Assembly: GCA_964036045.1 (NCBI GenBank)
Contig: OZ038378.1
Span: 59,148,001-59,212,000, forward strand
Origin: Eutreptiella sp. 'Long Island Sound 2002'
Lineage: Eukaryota > Protista > Euglenida
Reading direction: 5' to 3'
Length of the DNA stretch: 64,000 bases
Under the pieces are notes generated by a model. That model saw only the letters and a program-made list of their open reading frames with translations. It ran no database searches and had not been told where the DNA came from. Each line of letters opens with the position of its first letter. Positions within the stretch are counted from its first letter, which is position 1. A program made the translations under genes and the position numbers. Of this stretch, positions 12,031 through 25,330 are shown in pieces.

Positions 12031-15000
12031 GGGTAATGGGCCTTGGCCTCGTATGATCCTGTTGGTGGGATTCCATCCCTCCCGGCGAAGGTTGTCATCA
12101 ATGGTGTGGTTATCAACAACCACTTGCGGGGCCATTATGCCCCGCAAGAGGCTTAGGCCCCCACTATTGCGCAGTAGGCACTTAAGTCGCCGGTGGCTCC
12201 CCTCCATTGCAAAACATGCAAATTTGGAGAGGATTACCCACTGCAGAACAAAAAAGTACATATGGTATATCCACAAGTGGGACCACAACACCCCCGCCCA
12301 CTACAAATGCAGATGGGCTTGGCCAATGTCCACACTATAGTCCCTCAACCGCTTAAGGTCCCCACTAGTGAACCACAGTGTCTACCATGCAAACACAAAC
12401 ATGGCACTAAGAGCGGTCTGCAGCTTACGGCAAACATCCACCCAAGGTTGTCCGGCTACATTGTGCTTCCAAGCCCCCCCCCCCCCCCGCCGCCACCTTT
12501 TGGACACAGCCATCAATATGGGTTTCCCACCCATCGTTCCACATGAGGTGCACTATTGCAGCACACTCAACTTGGATTTTCCCCTTTTAGTTCACCTTCT
12601 CTGTATTTACGGTGGCCTAGGCACATGTCTTGGCCGCTAAACGGGCGACATTAGTATGGGTTGGAAAAGGGTGCGGGCCACCACGGCTGCCAACTTGCCA
12701 GTGGCTGCCACTACGGCATCGCTAATTCCATCTATGCCACATGTACAAACTCGCTTAACAACTTGCAGCCCCGGATCACGAATGCGGCGTGTGGTTGTGT
12801 TGTGCTGGGAAAAGGCACCAGCTAACGAGAAGGTTGGCATACCACATCGCTTCTCATGTTTGCTTTGTGCCAAAGTTGGCCAAGCAATAAGCCCTATCAC
12901 AACTGGATACCCAACACACAATTACACGTGGGGATTCACCCTTCTAATTCGTGCACCCACTTAGTAAAATTTTTGTCTTTCATTCGGCACATAGGAAAAA
13001 GAGGGGCTTGTAGATTGCCTTGGGGTTCTTCAGGGTGGTGAGGGGCCACGGTCCACCATCCACAGTAGTACCCTTGCGGGCATCAACCACACACAACGAG
13101 CATGAGGCATTGCATAGATGATGCACTGCAGATTGGGCTGCCGTTCTTGTCCTCCACCAAGAATGCTTGAGAGGCCATTTGCACTAGTTGGTGTACGGTG
13201 CCGTACACGTCAGGCCATGTAATGCTTGTTGTCACTTGAGGTGTGGGGTTCCCAGCCGCATGGCACCATAGGTGGAGTGACCGGAGGCGCCAGACCGCGC
13301 ATACCATCTTGTCCCATTGGTTTGGCTCGCTAGATGGAGCCAGTGCACTGGTACGCCTCTCGGGAGTTAGCACTATTTGCCCCGATTCCGGGAGTAGTAC
13401 GGGCCCCCCAACTCTTTCCAAATTACTTCCTCCGGTGACTTCAGCCTATGGTTGACGTGTGTTCGTGCACGAACAGCATGGAAGGGGCTAGCACTCCTGC
13501 ACGTAGTTCCGCAGGGCATGGTGCAAAACGAGCCACTACCACACAGGTGAATGCACATCAGCGGTGTAAGACAACAGTTCAACACACCAGTGCTCCCCAT
13601 AGAGTTCATGATTGCACAGTACCAAAACTCGAGCATCACATCTAAAGATAATTGCGGAGTCGCACGAAATACGCAAGGAATGAACATTTACAGCAACATG
13701 CCACCACACATGTGAATATGCTGAGTATGTGATTTTCGTACAAAATTGACAAGAGGGTTGTGCAAAATAGGCAAGGTTCCAAAATCACAAGGCGGCAAAA
13801 TGATGCAAAGGGAGCAAATTGCCCACCTCATGGGCTGCCAGTCGCCTAAATACCCATCTACTGGCTCGCCCCTTGGCTACCCACCCCTCTACAGGCAGCA
13901 AGTGCACAGGGCAACTCAAAAGTGGGGTCAGTTGATGCATCGACAACAGGGTTGGGTGGGTGGGGGGGGGGGGTTACTGCACCACCACTGCTACATGAGC
14001 CTCCATTCGGGGCTACACCTGCGGAAAGGCGTCAAACGACACATTTTGCCCCGAGGTTTGCAACTGCAACCATACAGCCCCAAAGACCACATAGAGTTGT
14101 CCCCTGGCAGCCACCTGTTGGCTAATGGGGGTGCATGGGTGGCTCGGGTACGGAGCCACATTTAGAGGCCGTTTTTGCCCGGCCGGGGCTACGGGCTCTC
14201 CTTGGGCTACGGCCCCTGCAGAATGAAATGCCCCAGTTTGCCGTGCTCATCCTGTCATCATCTCCAGGTCCCTCGCCACCTCCCCCCTTTGTCCACCGCC
14301 ACATGGCTCACCCGTATAGCATAGTTGCGCATGCAAGATTATGCATTGTCCAACCAGTCAACATTGCGTGACCCCCAATACCTAATGGCATTGAGGGGTA
14401 GCACACCACCATGCGCCTCAACTCCATCCCCCCCAAATTCCGCCCGGGCAATGATTGGTTGCTTCCGGGCAAGTGAATTTGTGGCAACGGCACAGAGTCT
14501 CAATGTCATGACCCCAACCTAGGCAGACAATGATGCCTTCCACACCATCAGCTTCCCCTGTGTTGTGACCATGAAGGATGGTGTTGCCACGGTTGGGCGG
14601 GCAAACAAGTTGAGTTGGTGGCCCGCCTCAATGGAAAGTGCCCCCATCCCCGCGGACAACGCTGCCTTCCGCGCATATGGCGTGGACTGGTGTGGGCTAA
14701 GTCAAAGGGTGGCCCGTTTTACCCTATGTCCCCACTGCCATGATTGGGCATGGGGATGACATGGACCTGAGCAAGGGACACAGGGGGTTCGAAATAAGTG
14801 CCGAAATTGGGTGAAGTTGGTGGCAAGCAGACCGAGGAGATTCAAAGGTGGTCCCATGGGGCGTGTTGGTGTGGGTGTGGATTGTAGGTTTGTACCGCTT
14901 CACACTGTGGAAAGCGGGGTCGGGCCTCCAACATTTAAATCTCTCCTGTGAGAGTCATGAAAAATTCATGTGGAATTCACACGAAATTCGTGCGAAATTT

Positions 15001-16469
15001 GTGGTGATGCCTTGCTTAGCCGATAACAAGTTCAATCTCCGATGATGTGAAATTCGTGCGACATTCGTGCGAAATTCCGGCAAACACGGGCATTAATTTT
15101 CACAATTGAAACGGTGTGCCGGCAAAAGGCCCACCTACACCTCACAAGGCATGTCATTGCCCACAACCCCCATTTTGCCTTTTTGGGGGGGCCCACAAGG
15201 AGGTGCCGCGTTGGTCAATTGCCATGCCGCGGCGGCGCGGGTCTGGCTCGTAGGGGTCCCGCCAGAAAAAGACTTGCCCCTCGCCAACTGGGACAACGGA
15301 GACCTTTGGGCTGCTCCGAGAGAGCAACGCCTGGTGGAATTCGCAGGTGGGGCAGGTACCTAGGTCCAAAGGGTCAAAAATGGCATTTGCTATGTCCGTG
15401 TTAGCTAACCCAACTATTGCTCCCACCTCCCTCCCTCTTCTTGATTTAAAGTACCCGTAAAGTCTTTTGCCGCTGCCAGGGGAAGGAGGTTAAGATGAGG
15501 TGCATTCTTGACTACATGCCAATGTTGCTTGGGAGTCTCCACCGGGTAAACATAACCGCTTCGTGTGTCACACCAAGGGGTGGAGGCATGGCATGGTGCC
15601 TCTGTGTGGCCACCACGGCAAGCATATCACCTTGGCAAGAGCCGCTCATCAAAACGCATTTCACTGGCCTCATCATAAGCGGAGCCGACCGGTGTGGGAA
15701 CAACACCAAAAAGGGGGACTTGACGGCCAGTTCTCTTTGATTGAATGCCCCCACCCGCCATAGGCACTTTCAGCCATTTGTCCACATGTTCATGCATGCA
15801 GCAATTGGGGTTGATAGTGGCGCCACTCACATGTTGTACATTGCCAAAAGAAATCACATATGGCATTCTGAAAAATTGGCATCACTGGAGAGCAACAATA
15901 GAGGGTCACCGGGCATGTCAATGTGATCAAGCCGATCGGTCGTGTGCGAAGAAACAATGGCTAACGGGTGCATACGGTATAGTTCCCCGAACCCGGCAAC
16001 TTCACCAAGCAATCTATCAACAAATTTCACTAAAACAGCCCCACACATCGCTGTCGAGGTGCCGCCCTTCGACTGTTGCATTGGGGCGGTTCTAGAGACC
16101 GCCTTTGCCCTTTGGCACCTTTGCACATGAGAAATGTGGTCAAACTGTTTGAGGTTTTTCTTTTTCTTTTGCATCTTCTGCCATGTGGGCTTACACTCCG
16201 CGCTGAACAAAGGTCCTTTCACCAGCGTGTAGCCCAACGCGTTGACAATAGTGTTGGCCAAAGGTGGGGCAGCCCTATGATCATGCAATGGGGGATGGGT
16301 CGTGGCGTACGCTGAAGGGTCGGGCAAGGCACCCGCACGGAAGGGGGGGGGGGGGGGGCAGTTGTGATGACAGGAGAGGGGGCTCCGAGAACTATAGACC
16401 TAGCTTGGTTGGTTGTGTTGTACACGTTGCACCCGGTGAGGTCAGATAGAGGGTGCTGAAGTGTAAACC

Positions 16470-16600
16470 AGGGATGGGTGGAGGTGATTTGAACGTCATC
16501 AGACTAGCTTAATTGCGAAAGATGCCACTAGGAGGGGAGCGTTTAGAAGTCTTCCTTGTCATGGACTTCAAACTGCTACAAAGTGATCACATTGCAACTA
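16470..16600 (+). pseudogene. Very degraded APE endonuclease remnant of another LINE
   Basis: Translates to GGGDLNVI and, about 30 codons later, LQSDHI (GDxN and SDH motifs); the spacing is too short for an intact domain. Confidence 0.3.
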
Positions 16601-17389
16601 AGGGGGATTGTTCCTAACACATCGACGGTGTCAGCCCTGTACAACCCCCCCCTCGGATTTCCTTGGCCAAAGCCCCCATGATACCTAAAAGAGACTTAAT
16701 GGTCTCCCCTGGAACTAACGAAAGACGTGACACGCCCCGGATGACCTCCTGCAACCGAATCCAAAGGCGTGTGCTCTAACCCTTGCGACAATAGACCTCA
16801 TTGCGGTCATGTCCGCATATCTGACTGCATGCCAATGCGTACTATCGCAGGGGTTGCAGCTCGCTCCCATGCCCACCCTTGCAAAATGGACCCCGGGGAT
16901 AAGTCCTCAAAGGAGTACGTGGCCTCCTCAAGTTGCTGTTGGAGGATGGGGCGGGAGCGGTAGTGGGCGTGGATATCGGCGGAGACACGAGATACAAGAG
17001 GTGCTAGACATGGCCGTGAGAAATCTCTGTTCAACATGCGAAGCAATGTGAGAGTTTTGAGAAATGGGTGTGAAATTCATATCAATTTTGCGTGAAATTT
17101 ATACCAATTTTGATGTGAAATTCCCAATGAACTAAATTGTGTGAATGCACTATCAATGTGCGTGTGACTTCGATGTGAATGTACTTCTTTTTGATCAAGG
17201 TATGAATGTGAATGAGGTACCATGGTGCATTTTTGAAGTACATAATTTCGTGAATTTTTGCTGTATCATAGTGCATTTTTGAATTACATAATTTCATGAA
17301 TTGTTGGTGAAGAAAGCACAGCAAAAAGGCACAATAGCATAGTAGCAAGGCGCGAAGAGAAAAAAGGGTCTAAAATTGGCCAAATATTA

Positions 17390-19860
17390 CCTCGAGTCAA
17401 AAGGACGGTTCACAAAGGGTACAGACGGCCTACCGCGCTTGCACACCTTTCGGCATCCGCGGGCGTCCCACATGACGCGGCACAAGGTGTGGTGGTCGGT
17501 TTCCGAGAGGTGCCGATATGAGGTGATGTGATGGCAAACATTGGAATGCACGGGTGCCAAGTTAGACCCCGGCGCTTTGATTAACCCCGGCATGTGCACG
17601 TGGCCGGGCTCTAGATATTCCCCATTGCCCACAAGCGACAATTGGGTAGCAAGTGCAAATATACGCTTTGGACCACCTGCCACCGCTCGGGACATCTTGT
17701 GTTTCGTACTGATGACCCGCCACCAACATTATATGAAGAACCTGCATCAGCACCGCCAACTGCTGCCCCAATCCACGAGCAACCTATTGTTTCTTTTTAT
17801 CAAATGGGCCGATCGGAAAGTGCCATTGCCCGGAGGCTAGTTTCACGGTAATGCAGATTTTGACAGTGCCAGGGTCTGCATAGCGGATTCAGATCACGTT
17901 TGGTCCCCCATGGGTTCCCTAGGGACAAAGAAGTCACTGGTCCACAGCAGGTGGTGTTGCCTTGCTAGCAATTGGTGGTGGTGGAGATGGGCCTTAGTGG
18001 TTTGACGTGTGGATCTCCCATTTGTTGGGGCCCCAGTGTGCCTTGAGTCTCTTGGGTAGTGGCCACAGTGGTAGTTCCCAAGTAGTGGGGTCCCATTCTT
18101 GTCTGTGCCGTTTGCGGTGCAAAAACAGTTGTTCTCTTATCCGGCGTGTCGCGGTGTCGTATAGTGCGCGCATTGCCCGGTGGGCTTGAGAAGGCAGTTG
18201 TATGTGGAAGTCCTAGTGCAACGTGTGGCTCATGATGCTCTGCGTGTAGCATCGTCACATATAAGGTATAAGGTTTGCAATCTATTTACATGTTGTCCGT
18301 ACCGCCGCCTCAAGCCTACGACGGTCGCAATGTTGAGGTAACCTATTGCACATCCTAGAGTAACGGCGTGATGTGCACTGCCGCACCCGGGGTCTCCATG
18401 AGCGCTTCAACGAGATACCCCTGGCCAACCAATTCCCACTTCAACCTTGAGAGACGCCGGCCGCAATCCAGCCAATGGGGAGCACCCACAAGGCCTCTCG
18501 CAAAGCCACGAGTCCATGTGTCAATGCTGGTGCCTCTTGGAGGAAGCCACCCCAAATAGCCCAAACAACGTGAAGAAAACAACAAATTGATGGCCGCATG
18601 GTCTACGCTCAGAAACCCGTCCTCGCTTGTTCCGCTGGGCGCCGCCATGGGTGGTACAACTTAACCTTCATGTGGCGCACCATGCCTTGCTCATTCGCCA
18701 AATTGTACCTAGTTACAGCCGCTTGAGTCATTTCTCCGTCCGGGGGGTCGTGTCCTAGACGTGCAGACCGCAGGCTTGTGTTCTGCCAACTCCACCGTAG
18801 ACTGGGTAAATGCGCGCATATGGTGTTCCAACGTGCAGCGCACCGCATCTAGATGCAACTTCATGTCTTGGGCCGCACGGTGGATGACTACCACCAAGAG
18901 GGGGTGGTGGTTTTCCGAGAAGCTGGTGCTTCTGTTGAGGCGGAGCTAAGGACTCCCAAGCGTGGCCCCTTGAATTGCGGTTGAGGACTGCCCGGCTTCG
19001 TTGTGGCGCCTCAGGTTGGAGTTAGGGAATCCCATGCTTCGGTGTGGCCCCTTGAGTTTGGTTTAAGGACTGCCATTTTTCGGTGTGGCCCCTTCCGTTG
19101 GGGTTGTGGAGTCCCATGCTCCATCTTGGCCGCCCCAATGGTGATAGGAGGCCACCCTGAGCGGAGAGCCCGGATGGCGTGCCGCCATATCGATGCAGCT
19201 GTAGTCCCGCAGATAACACAAGTAGGTGCCCAAGTGCACGGCGTGCATATGGACTTCGTCTTGGAGCCCAAAAGCCGTCAAGAACACGCGGTAGCTAGCG
19301 TCCTCACTCCTGGGCATGCTACGGCCCTTGGGCACACAGCGGAGTTGGTATCTACTAACAACACGACGGAGGTGGCATCTCTCCACGAAAAGTGGCACCT
19401 CATCTTCGCCTACCACTGACCATACCGGCCCATACCCACCGAGTACCGCATGGGGAGCACATGATGCATCCCCTAGGGGATAATACGTCCGAGGGGGAGG
19501 CATTCCCGTCTCCCTTGTCCCAGAAGGGGATGGCCATGGTGGAGATGTCTTTCCGAAAACAAACTTCTATGCCCGTGCTGGCCAAGCCCCCATTGGTCAC
19601 GCACCCGTGGCGGCATTCCCTTCGAAGGAGGATCGTCTTCCCTCGTTGCGACATGCTTTAGGCGAGGATGATGACAAGTGGGCGGCGCGGCGCCATGTGC
19701 ACGCTTTGCGCCAACGGGTGACGGTCACAAAGTGCCCCCTAATGTTGAGACCAAGGTACCCATGGCGTGTGTCTCACCGTCCAACTTTGGGTGGTGTCGG
19801 GTGACCTCGATTCTGCTTGTGCACACCCAATGCTACGGCAGCATGCCGGCCCTGATTGCC
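17390..19860 (-). pseudogene. Decayed copy or copies of the APE-RT LINE family
   Basis: 19503-19063 PRSEDASYRVFLTAFGLQD..VASYHHW matches PRPEDTGYRTFLRAFNLRD..IASYHYW. 18897-18709 DMKLHLD matches HMKLDLA. 18258-17965 TPDKR..HYLGT matches TPDQR..RYMGT. 17695-17387 YRHLSETDHHTLCRV matches YRHLTEADQKTLCTV. Confidence 0.8.
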
Positions 19861-21639
19861 CCCAAAGCCTTGCATGAGGCTCTTGGTGCCCTTTGAGGGT
19901 TCCCCAAATAGGAGGGGCTACAGCCAGCCACGCAAGTCCTTCACTGGGCCCCCTCACAACCTGAAGGTGGCCAGCTTAGGAGGTTGGAGTATGCTTGTGA
20001 GCCGGGGCCTTAGCTTTCCACAGCGTGTCCAAAAGCCCTATGTGTACTGGAGTTGATGGAGTAAAGCCCTCCGCGTGCGCAACGGGTTTCTTCGCAAATC
20101 CCTTCGCCGCCCATGTGCAGGGGAGGAATGGCTCTGCTGCGCTACTTGGTTGTGGGTTGCATTGATCCTCTTCATCGTGCGCATCCGCCGCTGCTGCCGC
20201 TACTGGGTTATGTTTCTTGATGAGGACATGGATGGCCCGCACCACCGCTTACGCTTAGGCACGGGACCCTCACCAGGTGGTGAATCGCTATTAGCAAGGT
20301 GTGCTGGTGTGGCAACAGTTGCTGCCGCCGCGGTGGGCGATTTAGGCTCCAACATGAGGCAACGGATACTTAGCTACGGAATGCCGCCGTGTCACAGGCG
20401 ACCGGTCATAGCTCATGAATGTTCTGCTGCACTGCTCTCTCGGGAGTTTGGAGGGGTCGCTGCTTTCTGCAGTCTAGGCTGGACGGGGGGGGGGGGGGCT
20501 TGCATTGCACATGCACTTAGCACTACTCCCCCCAAAACAAACCCAAACACACCCTCTCCACATGCCTTGAAAATTAGGCGCCACCGGTGTCACCCTAGAC
20601 ACGGTTGCCAGTTATCTTCCGTTCCGATAAGACATCATGCGCAATGTCAGGTATTACCGAAGGCATGGGGTCTTCAACTCGCCTGAAGTGACGGGTGGGG
20701 TCGCCAAACATGCAACGCCCCTCAACGGGCCAAGGTGAGAGGATGAAGGCTTACGAAAGCGGCAAGCTGGTAGAGCAGAAGGTGATGTGGCATTCCTACA
20801 GCTACCTTACCCCCCCACCTCCTTGAAACCCCCCCTCCAAAATCATAATAGTCCCCCCTTGAGGATGGTGGTCACGAAGTGACCGCCACCCCCCCCTGTT
20901 GCACCACACAATGATAGCACTAAAATTGTCGCATTTCCCAGGAGGCGTAAAGGAAAATTTTATTCGGCGCCTTCACCGCCTGGTACCTGATATGCTTTTA
21001 GGGCCAAGTGACCGTTTCCCCCACAAGGGGCGGGTGGGGAGGGCAACGGGGCGATTTGAAGGGGGTGTTAAGGTACCACCGCTCCCCAGGTTCCAACAAA
21101 CAATTTGTCCTCTAAAAATGCGGTCCAAACGGGAGCGTTCGTTGGACACACCATTCCGTGTGTGCGACAAAAATTGCCGACCGGCGGCAAAACATCTGTA
21201 GGCACAAGACACCCAGCCCCTTCAAAGCCCACGAGTAGACCAATAGATGCCTCTTGCCCACCAAATGAAGCAACCAACAATCCGTGCACAACATTGAAAA
21301 ATCTGAATCACCTTAAGAACATTGTTCCACCAAATTTGTTCACTTAAATTGAACACGCAAGACTGCTCAATAACCAGTCTTGGCCCCACATGTGTGCGGG
21401 TCAATATATTCCGTGCAATTCACCAGATTCCTTCGTAGTGCGATTTTGATAGAACAATGCACATATATGAACCTCATCCCCGGCATCATCTTGCGTGGCA
21501 TCCTCAACGATTGCTTTGCTTCCAAACCTGAGGGGGAACATGTTCCCACGGTCCATACACGGGGTAACGGACCGACCTCCGGATGCAAAATCAGGCAAAG
21601 TGTAAGAAATGCGCGCTAATTGACGCAACTCGTTGGGAC

Positions 21640-22199
21640 CATCAGGCCAAATGTTCCAAATAAGCCCCAATGCCACAAATGAGCAAACAGTTGCTCAATT
21701 CGGGCCCTGTACCATCCATGCACGTTATTATATGACTGCTGCTGTGCCGATAGAGTGTCCTTCTTCCAACCAATGAACGGCACAATGACATGCACACGGC
21801 CCTTATAGGTCCATCATGGCCGCCCACCTCAATATCAAAGAAATCTCCTCGTGTGTGGGAAAATCCATAACCATCCCATATCAATACATCGGCAGGGGTG
21901 TCAGGAGGCAAAAGACAAATCCATACAATATTGCCCAACATATCAACGGCCACAATGACCATGAAAATGTGAGTGGCGTACTTTGGGTTCCAAAGGTCAA
22001 TAGACCACATCCCACCCATGAAGCTGATCGGCATGGAATCCGTAAAGTGTGTCATGAAATGTGGGAAGTGGGGACAATAGTTGAAACGATTCAACTTGTC
22101 AAACCACCTAATTTCTTGAAGAACATGATTTAAAAAATCGTGTACGCGGGCCACACTTTGCCGCCATGCGACCTCCGAGCAATCTTTATTGTGCGACAT
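21640..22199 (-). pseudogene. PIF/Harbinger or ISL2EU-type (DDE_Tnp_4, IS5-related) transposase remnant
   Basis: WNPKYATHIFMVIVAVDMLGNIVWI..ADVLIWDGYG, plus a frameshifted YRARIEQLFAHLW (third acidic residue motif) at about 21715-21675. Confidence 0.7.
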
Positions 22200-22359
22200 G
22201 AATGCACCACTACCCGATGGAGGAGTGTGCTTGATTCCAAAAAAAAAAAGAAAGAAAGAAAGAAACCAAACATCGACTCCCTACTTCCTTAACACTTGTT
22301 CCTAGAAGCGCACGGCATACGTACTTCGGCTTGCTTTGTCACTCAGTTCTTAGCTGCTT

Positions 22360-22710
22360 AGTTGGCTACATCACCCCTGCCTGCTCGGGGTCCCCACGCG
22401 GGGACAAATTCGGAACTAAACTAGCTATCTAACCCCCGCCTTCTCGGGGGCCCTAAAATGGGCGGAAGGGCTACATCAAACAATATGGTGACCTAATCCC
22501 TGCCTTCTCGGGGTCCCCATAGTGGGGAGAAATCAATTTGGCTACATCATGCCTGCCTTCTCGGGGTCCCTATGGTGGGGACAAATCAACATGGCTACAT
22601 CGCCACTGCTTTCTCTAGGTCCCCCATAGTGGGGAGAGAGTAATATGGCTACATCAGCCTGACCCTCTCAGTGTCCCCATCTTGGGGAAAAATTAATATG
22701 GCTACATGGC
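22360..22710 (+). repeat. Minisatellite of about 55-60 bp, 5-6 degenerate copies (GGCTACATCA..CCTGCCTTCTCGGGGTCCCCA..GTGGGGA)
   Basis: GGCTACAT recurs at about 22363, 22469, 22540, 22594, 22648 and 22700, with TCGGGGTCCCC cores. Confidence 0.8.
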
Positions 22711-23825
22711 CTAGGCAAAAAGTCCACCCACTCACCAATCTGACGGGTAGCATCTAGCCCAAAAATAGGGGTAAATGTCGAGGGGGGAAAAAAGCCCAAA
22801 AAGTTGCGCCGCGCGCACCCTGCGCACTAACACTCACTCTCAGTCATGGCGGGCAATAGAGGTCCTACAGCGGGGAACCCCATTCCGTCACATCGCTTTC
22901 CAAATTTACCCACAGTGACTCACTACAACACCTCATTTCCCCAATCCTTCAGCCTAAAACCTCAATTCTAAAGCCCACGTACATCATTAAGCATGTAATG
23001 AATTATGTTCTCAAAAAATATGGGAAGTGTTCGTTGGACACAGCATTCATTGGATAAGGGGGGGGGAGGTAGAGTGGAGCCTAGTTCATGTGCCCTCGCA
23101 ACCCATGCTACAGTGGAGAGGGGTTGGGATGTTCATTCCGTGGAGTGGAAGAAGATACACCAAAGATTGGGAGCGACAACACAGCAACATTCAGAGCATC
23201 ACCTACAAAAAGACATAGTGGGCAAAACCCACATCACGTGCCGCAAAAATGAGTAAAACAATCTGTGACAAAGGGTGAAAATGGGTGAAATTGGGTAAAA
23301 ATTCAAATCAGCCATATCCCCAATGCGGAAAAAGCATCAAAAACTTGATAATGCCCGTAGTATCACAAAGTATGGGTTTCTAGTACCACCACACACCCAA
23401 ATAGTTGCATTGCCCCCTCCTGCCCTAAAACTAGCCCACTACCCAACCCAGCTCTCTCGGCTCTCTAGCCCGGATGCCAACCCGCAACCAGCCCACAACC
23501 AACCCACAGCCTAGCCCTACATCTAAACAAAACCCACTGAACCCCATCCAACCCCCGGGCAGCGAGGCAAAGTAGAGCCCGGGCCTAGCCCGCTGACAAC
23601 GTCCCCAACGAGGTTGTGGGGCAGCACGGCAGGGCGGCAATCCCCCCAAAAAAGGGGGAGAGTGCACCTGCACCTCGCCCCTCGAGCACATCAACACCGC
23701 CAATGGGATAGGGGGCAACGAGGCAGGGCAGCTAACTCCCATGGGGGACGAGCGCCACAGCCCGGCTCCTCAACAACGTGGAGAACGCCGAGAAGAAGAG
23801 AAGAGCCCGCCGGGCAGCAGCCTCT

Positions 23826-25268
23826 AGCCCCTGCCTGCTAGGAGGCATGCAGCCGAAGCCCGACTCCTTCTTCCAAGAACATCAAGAACAACGAGGGGGT
23901 GGAGGGTAAGTGATAGGGGCTGCCGCCTCCCCAGCGTGGGGGGCACGGTACAAGATAGTCCTCCTTCCCCCTCAGTACAAGATAGTCCTCCTTCCCCCTC
24001 GCGAAGCATCAGCACAGCACAACACACAGCACATCACAGCACAGCACAGCATAACACAGCACAACACAGCACAGCACACAACACAACACAACACAACACA
24101 GCACAGCACAGCACAGCACAACGGCCCCGTGACCAAACCCAAGGACGAGTCCCGGGGACGCCCGTGTGGAGCTGAGGCCACCAGACCAACAGTTCTGGCG
24201 GCAGAGGTGAGTGCAGCACAGGACTCCCAAGCAGCAGAGCTGATAGCGGAGGTTTGCACACCACAGACCACCAGACCAGGCAGCAGTGGTGTGGTGTGGT
24301 GTGGTGTGGTGTGGTGTGGTGTGGTGTGGTGTGGTGTGGTGTGGTGTGGTGTGGTGTGGTGTGGTGTGGTGTGGTGTGGTGTGGTGTGGTGTGGTGTGGT
24401 GTGGTGTGGTGTGGTGTGGTGTGGTGTGGTGTGGTGTGGTGTGGTGTGGTGTGGTGTGGTGTGGTGTGGTGTGGTGTGGTGTGGTGTGGTGTGGTGTGGT
24501 GTGGTGTGGTGTGGTGTGGTGTGGTGTGGTGTGGTGTGGTGTGGTGTGGTGTGGTGTGGTGTGGTGTGGTGTGGTGTGGTGTGGTGTGGTGTGGTGTGGT
24601 GTGGTGTGGTGTGGTGTGGCATGGTGTGGTGTGGTGTGGTGTGGTGTGGTGTGGTGTGGTGTGGTGTGGTGTGGTGTGGTGTGGTGTGGTGTGGTGTGGT
24701 GTGGTGTGGTGTGGTGTGGTGTGGTGTGGTGTGGTGTGGTGTGGTGTGGTGTGGTGTGGTGTGGTGTGGTGTGGTGTGGTGTGGTGTGGTGTGGTGTGGT
24801 GTGGTGTGGTGTGGTGTGGTGTGGTGTGGTGTGGTGTGGTGTGGTGTGGTGTGGTGTGGTGTGGTGTGGTGTGGTGTGGTGTGGTGTGGTGTGGTGTGGT
24901 GTGGTGTGGTGTGGTGTGGTGTGGTGTGGTGTGGTGTGGTGTGGTGTGGTGTGGTGTGGTGTGGTGTGGTGTGGTGTGGTGTGGTGTGGTGTGGTGTGGT
25001 GTGGTGTGGTGTGGTGTGGTGTGGTGTGGTGTGGTGTGGTGTGGTGTGGTGTGGTGTGGTGTGGTGTGGTGTGGTGTGGTGTGGTGTGGTGTGGTGTGGT
25101 GTGGTGTGGTGTGGTGTGGTGTGGTGTGGTGTGGTGTGGTGTGGTGTGGTGTGGTGTGGTGTGCCGAAGGCGCTGTTACCAAAGGGCAAAAGGCCGGGAT
25201 GTCTACCCACGGGTACAGGTAAACGGGCTGGGCTGTGTGTGTTGTGTGCGCGCCGTGCGTAAGTGTGT
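23826..25268 (-). repeat. Downstream long direct repeat of the LINE: 106 nt of 3' UTR + (ACACC)n + about 460 nt of 5' UTR including the start codon
   Basis: Matches 30893-32114 apart from about 8 point differences and microsatellite length; shared from AGCCCCTGCCTGCTAGG to GTAAGTGTGT. Confidence 0.95.
24288..25162. repeat. (GGTGT)n pentanucleotide array, about 175 units, one GGCAT variant at about 24620
   Basis: Read directly. Confidence 0.97.
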
Positions 25269-25330
25269 AGGCCTCGGCAGGGGAAGGGGGAGTCGGGGAG
25301 ACCTGGTGTGTTCGCCTCTGGCGACCGCGC

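Noticed and set aside
24288-25162. Telomere or interstitial telomeric repeat
   Set aside because: The unit is GGTGT, not TTAGGG-like; it is internal and is explained by the LINE ends.
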